From: Azolla caroliniana
Lineage: Eukaryota > Plantae > Polypodiophyta
Reading direction: 5' to 3'
Assembly (NCBI GenBank): GCA_043228905.1
Contig: JBHGNT010000006.1
Coordinates: 2,418,001-2,482,000 of the forward strand
DNA length: 64,000 bases
In this document: positions 24,839 to 37,510 of the stretch, piece by piece
Layout of the letters: the number at the start of each line of letters is the position of its first letter
Position numbering within the stretch: the stretch's first letter is position 1
Position numbers and translations under genes: made by a program
The notes under the pieces: generated by a model
Databases searched by the model: none
What the model saw: only the letters and a program-made list of their open reading frames with translations
Told to the model about the DNA's origin: nothing

Positions 24839-27800
24839 AGATCACCACATGGAATGTGAGGGGATTATGTTCTAGATTTAGAATGCATGAGGTTTGGAGG
24901 ATTGTGTTAAGTGAGCAATGGGATGTTTTATGTGCAGTAGAGCATAAAGATCATCGGAATGCTGGTTTAATTAGTTATTCTAAGGGTTATACATTATGTT
25001 ATGCTGGCAAGGTTCATGGGGATTATTCTGGGATTGTCATGTTTATAAGAGATAAATTTCACCCAAAAGTAATTGTTTCAGATGAATTTGGAAGATTTAT
25101 TGTGGTAGAGATATGTTATGAAGGGCAAGCTATTTGGTTAGTTGGTGTGTATGCATCAAATGTTGCACAAGAACGAAAGTTGTTATGGAGATCTCTAAAC
25201 TCAGTGCTTCATAATGGTAGACCGGGTTTATTGATGGGAGATTTTAATGTTTGTTGTGAGACAAATCAATCAACATCTATCCACTCTATTATGGATGGAC
25301 CAGAGGCTCAAGAATGGGGAGATTTTGAGACTGAAGTCATGTTAAGGGATGTATGGAAATGGATCAAGGGAGATGAACCTGGTTATACCTTTCAATCGGC
25401 TCAATATAAGGATACTTGGAGTAGGTTGGATCGAATGTATGTAATGCATACCGAAGGTTTTTTACCAGAGATTTTGGATATTTCAGTGTCTTATGGGTCA
25501 ATTATATCAGATCATTTCCCATTAATTTTTGAGTTCAATCACCACTCAATTAGAGGTTTTCATGAGTTTTTAGGAAAACCACCGTTGATTTTTAATTCAT
25601 CATTTTTGGATCATGAGGTCTTCCATGCCTATATGTGTCAATTGATTGATGCATTTGCCTATCGCGTTCAATTTGATGGGTATGAAGCGTGGGAAGTATT
25701 TGTTGCAAATGTTCAAAGGTTAACTAGATATTATGGAATTCACCATGCTTTTAAAAGGAGAAAGAAATTAAGTCTCCTAGTTAATTTTCTTGATAAATGC
25801 AACTCATTGTTAACTTATTGGCCAACGGATGTAGAGTTGATGGGATATCAAGAGGTATTAATTTCTGCGATGCATGACCTAACGGCAAAAAATTATCAAC
25901 ATGCTAGACTACATCGTCTAAGACAAGAAGTGGATGATGCTATTTGTCAATCACATAAGTTTTTCCATGACCTTCATGAATCACATGCACGACATAATGT
26001 GGTAAGGTTAGAGGAAAATGGTATCATGTGTTCCGATCCTCAAGAAATTGTGAAGAAATGCATAGAATATTATACACAATTGTTGGATGTACAAGTGTGT
26101 ATCGATGATAATGGAGTGAAAAATCATGTAACGCATGATGTGGCACAATCATTAGATGCTAATATTTCAGAGGATGAGGTGGAACATGTCATGTCACATC
26201 TTGCTAATGATAAGAGTCTTGGGTGGGATGGATTAACACATGAACTCTTTAAGAAATATGTGATTAAGTTAAAGGGACCTTTTACGATTTTATTTCAGAA
26301 GGTGTGGACATCATGGGAAATGCCTCATTCTTGGAAGATTGGTTTGATCAAGCTTTTGCCGAAGGTGCCTTCTCCATCTTCCTTTGCTCAATGGAGGCCT
26401 ATTTCATTGATGGGGGGAATGTACAAGATTTTTGCAAAAGTGATGGCCAATAGGTTGCATAAGGTTTTACCTTCTATTATTCATAATGCTCAATATGGGT
26501 TTTTTGCAAAAAGAGACATTTTACATAATATTTTAAATGTTCAAATGGCAATTGACTATGCAAAGGAGTCTAAACAAGAATTAGTGTTGCTATAATTGGA
26601 TATCGAGAAAGCCTATGATAATGTGGATTGGTCATTAATAAATCAATTGATGTCTCATATGGGTTTTGGTGATCGTATGTCTAAGTTGATATACACATTA
26701 GGGGAGGGTTCGGTTTCACATGTGATGTTTAATGGAGGAGTAACCCAACCGATTTCTATTCGGAGGTCAGTTAGACAAGGATGCCCGGTAAGTCCTTAAC
26801 TATTCACTATTGTGACACATCCTATTCTTGTTAAGCTACACAATATGGCTATGGGGGAAGAATTGCTTGGACTAAGGTTACCATCAGGGAAGCCATGTAT
26901 TGTTCAAGCTCTCGCAGATGACCATATTATGTTTTTGGCACCTAATTGGGAAAATATTAGTAAGACAAGAGATGTGTGGGAATTGTTTTCAAATGCTTCA
27001 GGGTTGAGAATTAATATACATAAATCTGTCCTCATTTCATGTACAGAACAAGATGTGTTAGGGTTGGGGTGGTCAGGAAGGATAGTACATCGTGGTATGA
27101 TTTGTCGTCATCTTGGATATCCAATTGGGGTGGAAGTTTCTCATGTGAAACTTATTGAGTGGGTATCCAAAAGGTTGGAGGATAAGTTTATGTATTGGAG
27201 GTCTCAATTTTGGCCTTTTCATGTACGACTTAAGGTGGTCCAATCAATTATGGTCTCTATGGTATCTTATTATCTTCCTTTGCTCCCATGGTCAAAGAAA
27301 GCTCTTGAAATGTTGTCACGCTCGATGTGAATGTTGTTATGGAAAAGAAAAGGGAAAAGTGCCTTGTCATGGTTGGCATGGGATCATGTTTGTACTCCGA
27401 AGCGTCTTGGTGGGGCATCAATATTGAATCTATATGAGCATATGGTGGCTCGTCGATTTACTTTCATTCGATTCATGTTTGAAGGTGTACAACCTTGGAC
27501 AAAAATGGTGGCATACTTTATAGAGAAGAACGGAATAAAGCTTGGAAACATGAAGGTTGAAGCAAATTGGTGGAATGTAATTAATTCTGACAAGGATGTC
27601 AAATGTACAGGGTTTATGATAGTTAATAATTTGTTGACATCTTGGCAAAGTATGTTGGATTTTGTGGAATGGCATCCCCCACAAGAAAGGGGATGTGCCA
27701 ATTCATTACAAATGGAGGTTTTGGCAACATCAAGGTTGTTGAGGTGGGAAGGTAAACAAATTCTTAACCTTCAATTGAATCGGATGGCTAGATTGGGTTT

Positions 27801-28656
27801 GGTAAGAGTTAAGGATGCTATGTTGGTTTCACAAAGAAGATTAATGGCTTTTCGAACAATAAGATCAACATTTCGTATTCCAAAAGGTTATAACTTTATT
27901 TGGGATAAGTTGCAACAAATACTATCTTTGCATGAGCCAATTCCTGATTTAGATGGGCAATCTCAAGAGCTTGATTGGAGGTTTGTTGGAAATAAGAGAT
28001 TGACTATGATCTCAATGAATGTTGCTTATGACAAGTTGATTGACAAACATAAGTGGTTGGAAGAAAGGGTTATAAACATATGGGGTTTTCATAAGCCCAT
28101 TACTTGGTGGTTTCATGTGATCAAGGCAGGTTGGTGTTCTCGATTGATGCTACGAGCCAAGGTATTTATTTGGAGAGTTATGGTTGGAGCTTTACCATTA
28201 GGGGATGCATTAAAAAGAAGAAACATTACTAAAGGATTTTGTTTCTTTTTTTCGGTGGAATTGGAACATAGTAGGCATCGATTTATTTCATGCCCGATGG
28301 CAAGGATGGTTTGGAGGTGTATCAATTTAGTGTGGATGTCTCTAACAGGAGTAAGTCTATCTTCCTTCAGTTGGGTTTTTGCACATATGGAGAACAATGA
28401 ACTGATGCCTCATTTTCAAATTATTTTTGAGTTCTTGAGGTATTGGGGGCTATGGTTCAATTGGAATATGCGGAATGCCTTCCTTTTTTATTCACAAGTT
28501 GGGGTGAGAAAATATGTTCTTAAGTTAAAAGGACTTCTTTTGTGGCAATTGACAGTGCTAGAGAACTCACAAAATCTCAACCAAGAAGAGAGAGAACTCT
28601 GCAAGGTCACATATCATCATATTCGCCATTTGAATTGGTGTGTAGGGTGGCATTGA
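24835..28656 (+). pseudogene. LINE ORF2 (APE endonuclease, RT, zinc finger) with three in-frame nonsense codons
   Basis: TWNVRGL, GDFN, SRLDR, SDHFP, WRPISLM, DIEKAYD, RQGCP, LADD and a C-terminal H..ISC. All four segments share one frame; stops at 26593, 26797 and 27328. Confidence 0.93.
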
Positions 28657-28764
28657 GTTTGGTGTCGTAGTTTTCTTTAGATCCCTAGATAGAAGGGGTT
28701 CTATAATTTGTTGTAAGTTAGTCATGGTGGTGTTTTTTCTTTCGTAATGAAAGCCATTATTTAC

Positions 28765-28805
<41 letters not shown>

Positions 28806-28824
28806 AGGGAGAGGGTAGTTACAA

Positions 28825-29041
28825 GCCTAGATGGATGTAGCTCAGTTGGTAAGGTTGCCCAATGGAGACCAGGTGGTCATGGGTTCAACCCCTACGTTCC
28901 ACATGGCATCTAGTGAAATAAAGATATATATGAAGTATATAATAGAGAAGTGAGAAATTGGGTTTCGAACCCAAGACACAGTGCTTGTAGTGTTATCGAC
29001 TTACCACTAGGGCAAGCTAATTACGATAAAAAATAAAAAAA
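28825..29041 (+). mobile_element. tRNA-derived SINE with a second, inverted tRNA-like module
   Basis: A box TAGCTCAGTTGG (28838-28849), B box GGTTCAACCC (28882-28891), A-rich tail (about 29028-29041). 15-bp TSD AGAGGGTAGTTACAA at 28810-28824 and 29042-29056. Confidence 0.9.
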
Positions 29042-29358
29042 AGAGGGTAGTTACAAAACGTTTTTATAAGGGATATTTTAGGAATTATTATTTATCATAA
29101 TATGTTTTATTTGTACTCATTAGATTATAAAATAAAGTCTAATATTAGGAGTACAAATAAAACATATTATGATAAATAATAATTCCTAAAATACCGCTCT
29201 TTTATAAAAGCATTTTGTTACTACCCTCTCTCTCTCTCTTATATACACATTGTAACCACTATTCATGTGGTGTGAGAAATACAACTATTAGTTTCTTGAT
29301 CTCTCTCTCTCCCTGTTATCTTCTTCCTATCTCTTGTGTTATTGCTTGATTTCTTACA

Positions 29359-32300
29359 TGGTATCAGAGCCAAATTAGAGACATCAATCAAAACACAAAA
29401 CATTTTGTTCTTGGATTGATCCGGATGATCTAAGCAAGATGGATTTCAAAGAAGAATCAGAAAACCTATCCACATCCACATCAAACAACCACCATCTTGC
29501 AAATCCATCAAGTATGGTAACAAAATATGTAGTTGAAAAACTAACAATTCACAATTACAGGATGTGGAAGACACGGATGGGGTTGCTAATGGAGCGTAAT
29601 AATCTAAAAGATATAATAGATGGTTCCATGAAAATGCCTGAACAAGAACTTGGGAAGAGCATGTGGAAAAGCAAAGACCTCGATGTTAGAATGGAGATAA
29701 TAATGCACTTGAGTGATGAGCAAGTCAATTATGTTCGAAACTTACACACAACAAATGAAATGTGGGAGTATTTGCTAAAAAGATTCATCAACCATCTAAT
29801 GGGACAACTTAATTTTTTTCATTCAGAGCATTAATGAATTTACAGATGAAAGAAGGCGAACAAATTTACACATTGATAATGAAGTGGCAAAAGCAATTAG
29901 ATACAACCATCTCTTCAGGTAACAATATCGACGAAACGTCCAAATGTGAAATTTTAATGGGAGCGCTACTTGAATCATGGATGGACCTTTATAAGTATTC
30001 ATAGTGAAGACAAAAATTTAAATTTACAAAATTTAGTAGCAAAGCTAAAGCAGGATGAACTACAAAGGAAAAGAACGAGTTCACAACATGACGCTAGCCA
30101 CATGGCCATGTTAGCCGCAATGAGAAATAATCAAGGCAACTTTGCGAAGCAGAAATTTCAACGGTTTCCAAACAACCAAAAGTTTCAACAGAAGAACAAA
30201 TCAAATGGAATGGGAGGCTTTAGGATATCTACAATCACATGTAGGTATTGTAATAAACAAGGTCATTTTGAAAAAGATTGTAGAAAGAAGCAATTTGATC
30301 TTAAAAGGAAAGGGAAGAAGTCTTATCCACAAATACATAGTGCATCATTACAAAAAGAAAATGTGAGCTATTGTGAAGAAGATAAAGACAATAACTTTAT
30401 ACAAGCTTTTACAAGTGATGCAAATGAAAGTCGAGTGAATCAAAAGAAAGGAAATGACAATCTTTGGTTCTTCGACACTGGGGTGACACATCACTTGACA
30501 AATAACAGAAATCTTCTACATAACTATGACCCCCTTCCACAAGCACTCCAAGTTACATTCGACGACCATGGCACAAAAGTCGCCATTGGAAAAAGGGAAG
30601 TACACTTGTCTCTAAACAAATCAAAGATGGTAAGCATTCCAAATGTTTATTATGTTCCAGGTGTAATGAGAAACTTAATATCCATAAGTGAAGCAACAAA
30701 AAATGGAACAAGTATACAATTCAATAATAATTTTGCAGTTACTTCTCATGAATTACCTACTGGTGAGATGTTAAGAGTTACTTGCCTCAAATCTGGAACA
30801 GTCTACCCTTTACAAATGATGGACAAAACTCCTATACAAACCCTATTTGCGTTAGGCGCTACACATATTGATCCTACAATGCTTTGGCATCATCGACTCG
30901 GGCATCTCAACCCGAAGGCGATGAAGATTGGTCAAGTTCATAAATTATTCGAAGGAATTCCAACGACGTCATTTAGCTATATATTAATATGTGAGGGATG
31001 CATCTACGGCAAGCAATGTCCACAAAAGTTTCCAATAAGCAAACAAAAAAGGACGGAAAGACCACTACAACTAATTCATTCAGACTTATGTGGACCGATG
31101 CAATCTCTATCAATAGATGGTAACATGTATTTTATTTCATTTATAGATTTCTTCACAAGATTCAACTTAAGATCAATCTCAACTTAAGATCTCAACTATT
31201 CATACCAACAATGGAGGGGAGTATTTCAGTGATGAATGGAAGAGGTTTTGTGAAGAAAATGGAATAAGGCATGAACACATTGTACCATACAACCCACAAC
31301 AGAATGGCATAGCTAAGCGCAAGAATCGAACCCTCCTAGATGCATGTCAAAGTATGATTCAATTTGCCTAATTCCCTCTTGAATTCTGGCAAGAAGTAGT
31401 TGCGACTGCATATTACCTGCAAAACTGATCACTACATAAGATACTTGGTCTAGAAACACCATATTCGCTTTGGTTTAAGCATAAACCTAACCATAGTCAT
31501 CTTCGAGTGTTTGGTTCAATTGCTTATAGTCATGTGCCTAGAGAGAAAAGGAAGAAATTAGATCCTCATACTAAAAAATGTATTTTTACTAGAAAATGTA
31601 TGGTGAATCTTCTGGAGTTAAACCATACAAGTTATTTTATCTACATGCGCAGACAAGTTTTTCTTTAGCCGATCGGTTATATTTGATGAAATTAGTGTAC
31701 TTGAGCAACTAAAACAACATGAGATACGCGACTTTAAACAAAATTTAAAGATTAATGATCGAATTGTTCCAAATGTTTCCCAAATAGAAAATTACAGTGG
31801 TTTGGTCACAAGGAGTTTCTCAAAGCAGTTTCAAGATCGCAAACACGCAGAAGTTTTAGCAGAAGATGAGGATGAAGGAGTAACTCATTACCTATACAAA
31901 AATCCAATATACCCTAACAAACAAGGACAGAGATCAGCATGCAAGGATCATTTACGTAAGCAAATGGGAAATGAAAACATACGAGAGATGCAGACAATAG
32001 ATAACGAAAAGAAAGATTGCCCACGGAAATCTCATCAAAATAGCGAAAGTTATCGAGACATTTTAGTGAAGGATTTAGAAAGAGTGCCTAAGATAAACGA
32101 AAGTCGATGGCAAACGGGAATTCGGGAAAGTCGACAAAATAAAGAAATCGAATTCACCCCCGCATCAACAATTATGATGAAGCCGCATGAAGACGAACAT
32201 TGTTCAACATGATCGGCATGATCATTCTCCACAAAATCATCAGAATGATCCTCCACACGATCAACATCCTCTCGATCATCTTCATGATGAGGAGCTCGGC

Positions 32301-32360
32301 CATGACCAACACCACCACCAAAATCAGCTCGGTCACCATCAGCATCAGCTCGGCCATCAG
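29359..32360 (+). mobile_element. Copia internal region (PBS, gag, protease, integrase), decayed and truncated before RT
   Basis: PBS TGGTATCAGAGC at 29359-29370 and gag at 29439-29834. ORF 29970-31187 has CRYCNKQGHFEKDC, WFFDTG, WHHRLGH and LIHSDLCGP. Related to the 13076 element. No RT or 3' LTR. Confidence 0.9.
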
Positions 32361-33529
32361 GAACTTGGCAGTAATTTCCAAATTATTTTCTTGACTTATT
32401 GTTCTCGGAAAAGCTGCAATGCAAATCGCGATTTCATATTATTCCCAATGAATATTAATTAAGTTCCAAATTTCCCATCTTTCTTTGGTACAAGTTGATT
32501 TCTTCTTATTAAAGTTGCGTTACAGAAAAAATGTAATTTTTTGGATTGAAAAGGTCATAATCGTTGGACAGCTTTTTACTTCAGATCATGTGAAAAACCA
32601 CAGATATTTGATCTCACCCTACTTCAGGAAATATTATCATTTAAAGGCTTCTCCATCCGAATGTGGTGGGCCATCATGACCCATCATGACATAAGGGCAG
32701 GACCCTAGAGCTCTTCCATGAATATATATCTATGCATACCAATATAGAGTGGACCAAATCCATTGGTATAAACATTTGCAAACCAATATATATATAGTGT
32801 GGACCGAATCCATTGGTATAAACATTTGCAAACCAATATAGAGTGGACCAAATCCATTGGTATAAACATTTGCAAACCAATATATAGTGTGGACCTAATC
32901 CATTGCAATAAAAATAATAAGGCATACAATTCATTGAATGTTTTTATGAATCTCAACATCCCAAGCGGTTCAGCACACATTACAGTCTCTATATTATCAT
33001 GTGACCTTCCAAATCATTACAATTCTTTGAATAAGATTTTCTCTTGACCCTTCAGAAATCCATCCTATTCCTAAAGAGACGATGATATCCATGCAAAAGC
33101 TATAGGAACTTCATTCCTAGCTACATTTACTTCCATTGACAAATATTGAAGTAGATTTGGAAAATGAAAGTAAATCAGTCAAGCAAAATCAAAATAAAGG
33201 GACAATGCAATTAGAACATCGTGCCAAAAGTCTAACGATTCTATAGAGCATTGGTGCTTAACATTCCTTTTCATATTTGGCGTGCCCAAATATCTAGATT
33301 TACCAATCATCGTGTATTTTTCGATGTGGTGCTTACGCTTATGCTTTTGTTCCTACTACTCTACCAGGATTTCAAACTCTAGCGATGGTTCTATACAATA
33401 ATACATCTATCTCGAGTAGAGACGAAAAAGTTTGACCCTACAATTAAGGAGTCTCCAAGAAGACTATGACTAGATCAAGGTTATTGATAAAAACAGAATA
33501 TCCCATTTTTCCAAAGGGCCACATGGCAG

Positions 33530-33660
33530 GAAGAATTTGACTTTACTACAAATTGATTAGGTGATCTCTACTACTAGTCCCACTCCCCTCCAATATCCAA
33601 TCTTATATATTAGGCCTAGTAGGCTTCATAAGCTTCAAATCTGAGCAATCAAGCATCACC
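33530..33660 (+). promoter_or_regulatory. Conserved proximal promoter of the DUF26 family (W-box, CCAAT, TATA)
   Basis: TTGACT at 33537-33542 and TATATA near 33604. The same block lies upstream of copies 2 (12669), 3 (22201) and 6 (50227). Confidence 0.6.
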
Positions 33661-34928
33661 ATGTCAATGCACATAATTAAGGGTGTGATGCTCTATGCTT
33701 TCTTCATTTATGTGATCCTCTCCTCATCCATGCAGGCTTATGATAAGGGGGGCATCAATGGGAGGGCTGTCTTGCAGGCTAGGGCAGCCAAGATCACAGA
33801 TTTCATCTACGGCACGTGCGACAGCAAAGTTTACTACCAGAACACGAGTCAGTTCGCGACAAATCTTCGCACCGTCTTGAGTGTGGTCAATGATACCTCG
33901 TCGTCCAACTACTCAGGCAGCTACAGCTTGCCTTACCCTACCAATGTGACGCAGAGCGCGTATGCCACATACGACTGCCGGCGAGATCTTTTGATCCAAG
34001 AGTGTCACGCATGCGTGCAGGAAGCGCTGGGCTACTACTGCACATACAATGGGACGACTCGTGCGGATCTGGTGGTGTCTGCCATAACTATCATGTTGCA
34101 GGGTTGCTACTTCCGGTACAGCAATCAGGCCAACTATCTGCAGGCACTGGCAGCGGATGTTCTGACTACCAACCGGGAGTCATGCGATCCGGCGCCGGTC
34201 CCCGCATTGCAGGCGGGCGTGTCGCCGGCCCTAGAGTATGTGCACACGACCGCGCCGAACCAAACGTCCGGCGGTTTCTTCGCATCCGTGGCCGTGGTAG
34301 ACGTCAACAATGTGTACCCGACCGTCTACGCGCTCGGGCAGTGCCTCTCATTCCTGAGCTCGGCCGAGTGCGCGCAATGCCTCGATCGTACGCCGATGAC
34401 GAATTGTAGTGCGCCGCTCTCTACTTATACCGATCTCGCATTCTACTTGCCGGTATGCTTTTACGTCTTCAACACATCCGCGACTGTGGCATTCAACTCT
34501 AAGTACACCACGATTCCCATGAATTATTCAACGTTACCGCCTCCTTCTTCTCCTCCTCCTCCTCCTCCTCTTCGTTCTCCTCCTCCTCCATCTCCATCTC
34601 CCCCTCCTCCTCTTCGTTCTCCTCCCCCTCCATCTCCTCCTCCTCTTCGTCCTCCGCCTCCGCCTCCTCCTCCACCGCAGTTACTATCACCAGGTAATGT
34701 TTTCCTAAATTCTACCCATTAGGTTTGGATGTTCCATTGTAACTATTACTAGGATCTGAATCAGTGTTTTTGTGGTCCGGAGACTCCTTCAAAAAAAATT
34801 TATGGAGATCTCAGCAAAGCTAATTCTCCTCCATGATTGGAGCAGGTAATAACAACAAAGCCATGATCGTGGGCATATCGGGGATTGTGTTTCTTCTCAC
34901 CTTCTTTCTTGGTCTACCATTTGTCTGA
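33661..34928 (+). CDS. Double-DUF26 (Gnk2-like) cysteine-rich protein with extensin-like stalk and GPI-signal-like tail (copy 4); exons 33661-34693 and 34846-34928, 371 aa
   Basis: Signal peptide, two C-X8-C-X2-C motifs (CRRDLLIQECHAC, CLSFLSSAECAQC) and SPPPP repeats. A phase-1 GT..AG intron has a CTAAT branch site at 34820. Exon 2 encodes GNNNKAMIVGISGIVFLLTFFLGLPFV*. Confidence 0.88.
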
Positions 34929-36981
34929 GTGAGTTTTCTCCTTTGGGCAAAGAGATATTATATATATTCAGAGTAAAATCTTGCTTAGGCACATCATGTC
35001 CATTCATGGAAACCAACCTAATCCTTTATTCTGTTTTGTTATATGCTTATAGTGGCAGTAAAATTCAGCCCCACATGCATTGAATTACACTACAAAATAA
35101 GCAGAAGCTGGAAGAAGGGCGATTTGTATAGTATTTGTATATGGAATGGGTGTGTGCTCCACAAAATAACAGGGTATCCCAGTATTCGACCTATCATACT
35201 TTCTTTAATCACGAATGAATAATACTAATATGTTACAAGCTGTATTAAATAAAACTTTTAAGTTTTAACTTTTAAGATGTTGCATTAAAACATGGTCTCG
35301 AATTGTAACACATTTCACATTATGTTCTCGCAAAATGCTGCAGTCCAACTCCATGTTTATGTTATTTATTTCAAGGATCTCAACCACATTCATCCATCCG
35401 GATCCATTTCCACACTTTTAAGAAGCTTCTGTATAGAAACCCTTTTAGAAATCCACTGCACCCCACGATTCGTCATAAATTCTTGCACGGGACTCGTTCC
35501 GCACGCACTTGGTTATGAAAACTAGAGACATTCAATGACCAAAATCAATTACTGTTGCCTAGCTAGCTACAAGTAAATTGGAATAATAGAGAAGTAAGAA
35601 TCTTGGTTTTAGTTGTACATTCATCGAAATGGGTGGAACAAGTGGGCAACTTTCCACACATTGTAATTGTGGTTTACTCGTTTACAAGGAGATTTTTGCC
35701 CGAAATTAAGTGCAAACACACACACACAATGAATCATTCAATGTGCAAACTTGGTAGTGTAAGATGCTTCATGAAGGCACAACCAATAACTCGACAACTT
35801 TGACCCAATGTTTCTTATTAATATAATCTTGGGTGGAAACTTTTAAAAGGTTTCCAAGATGAATAGTCTTCTTAAAAATTGTGGTTGAGTCAAGATAAAA
35901 GATAAAAATATTTGGAGGCATCGAATGCCTATTGACAAGTGTGCCCCATGGCATGACAGCTCATGTATATTTCATGAATCTATAAAAATTGGGCCTACAA
36001 AGATAGGTCACATTGTTTACAAAGAAGTAAATTAGGCAACTAGAAAGGTATCTATTGTTATAGTTGGATACTTCTTTATGGACTTGAACGCAAGCATTTT
36101 GATCTAGTTACAATTTATTAAAGTCGGCTAATTTCATAATTAAATTATAGTGGATCCCCCGGACAATTGTTGGCCCCTACTAAATGTAAATTCTACATAT
36201 AGAAGACAATTTATCAAAGTCAAAGGGCTATTGATATGGCGACAAATTAAGTTATGGCTATTCCCTCATGTAAGGGTGTCAATATCTTTAATGCACCAAC
36301 GTTTGTATTTATATGTACCCCACTCACATCACAAAGATTGGTTGCCCTATATAGTCCAAGAATTCAACTATATTTTTTGGTACGCTACCCTGTTGGACAC
36401 AAGTACCGTTGACAATTTTCAAAATATGCAAATTACCAAAATTGCCAAAATATGCAAATTAGATGCAACTTTTTGCATAGCTAATTAGTTATGTCAAGGA
36501 CACGAGTAATTGTTCCCATTCCCATGCTTTTAGCCAAGAACACCACATATAATCGACATTAGAGTTGCTCTTGATGAAGATCTGTTAAGAATCAAACTCA
36601 ACTTCCCTAGTGTGGGAACACACCTTAGTATATCAAGAGTATGAACACCCCACCTCCTAGTATATAGTAACTAGTGTGTGGGTGATAGCATGCGAGTGGA
36701 AACAATTAGCTATATCCTTGACATAGCTAATTAGCTATGCAAAAAGGTACCAATGATAAATAGTCATTTTTGCACCATGAATGAAAACATGAGAATGTTT
36801 TAATTATATAAATGAGCATCGTAAATGTGCAACATAAACATGCAGCATAAATGGATATGTGCACCATAAATTATATACCGAATTCCTAGGTCCATTATGC
36901 ATGATCCATTGCTACATCATGTTGGCCATCACTTTATGACTATTTAGGCTTAGATTACTACCACTATTCCTAAACCCTGTT

Positions 36982-37510
36982 GAGTCCACTCCTCCATTGC
37001 CGCCATTCTATACTCAGTTGTCGCCACTCTGCGGTCCAAGGATCATCTTCCATTGTTCGATCCGACAGAGTTCATTCCTCCATTGCCGCCATTCTACACT
37101 TAGTTGCCGCCACTATGCGTTCCAAGCATCATCTGTCACTGTTCGATCTGATGGAGTTCACTCCTCCGTTGGCACCATTCTACACTCAGTTGCCGCCACT
37201 GTTCGGTTCTGGATTGCAATAATTGTTCGATCCGAAAGAGTTCACTCCATTGCTGCCATTCTACACTTAGTTTTCGCCATTGTTCGCTCCAAGCATCATC
37301 TGCCACTGTTCGCTCCTATTGAGTTCACTCCTCCATTGTCGCCATTCTACACTCAATTGCCGCTACTGTTCGGTCGTGGATTTTTGTCATTGTTCGATCT
37401 AACAGAGTTCACTCCTCCTCCATTGTTGCCATTCTACATTCAGTTGCCACCAACCTGCATTCCAAGCATCATCTGCCACTGTTCGATCTGACGGAGATCA
37501 CTTCCCCATT
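36982..37510. repeat. ~85-bp minisatellite, 6-7 units
   Basis: GAGTTCACTCCTCCATTGCCGCCATTCTACAC... recurs at 36982, 37068, 37154, 37238, 37321, 37405 and 37494. Confidence 0.85.

Larger units (their letters stand above)
23221..28767 (+). mobile_element. Full-length L1-like LINE inserted in a (GA)n tract
   Basis: ORF1 and ORF2 overlap by ATGA. Flanked by (GA)n at 23172-23220 and from about 28768. No poly(A) tail. Confidence 0.95.
22346..29358. repeat. Head-to-head inverted LTR pair (palindromic LTR) interrupted by three insertions
   Basis: 22346-22398 is the exact reverse complement of 29306-29358. 23142-~23190 pairs with about 29225-29269. 29043-29118 pairs with about 29149-29228 around a centre near 29130. 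Confidence 0.9.

Noticed and set aside
28833-28902. Possible tRNA gene
   Set aside because: No convincing cloverleaf, and it is embedded in an A-tailed, TSD-flanked insert, so it was called a SINE.
32187-32462. His-rich ORF suggesting a metal-binding peptide
   Set aside because: Alternative frame of the low-complexity Ser/Pro/Arg linker following the Copia integrase.
34499-34690. Glu-rich minus-strand ORF
   Set aside because: Antisense of the poly-Pro stalk of copy 4.
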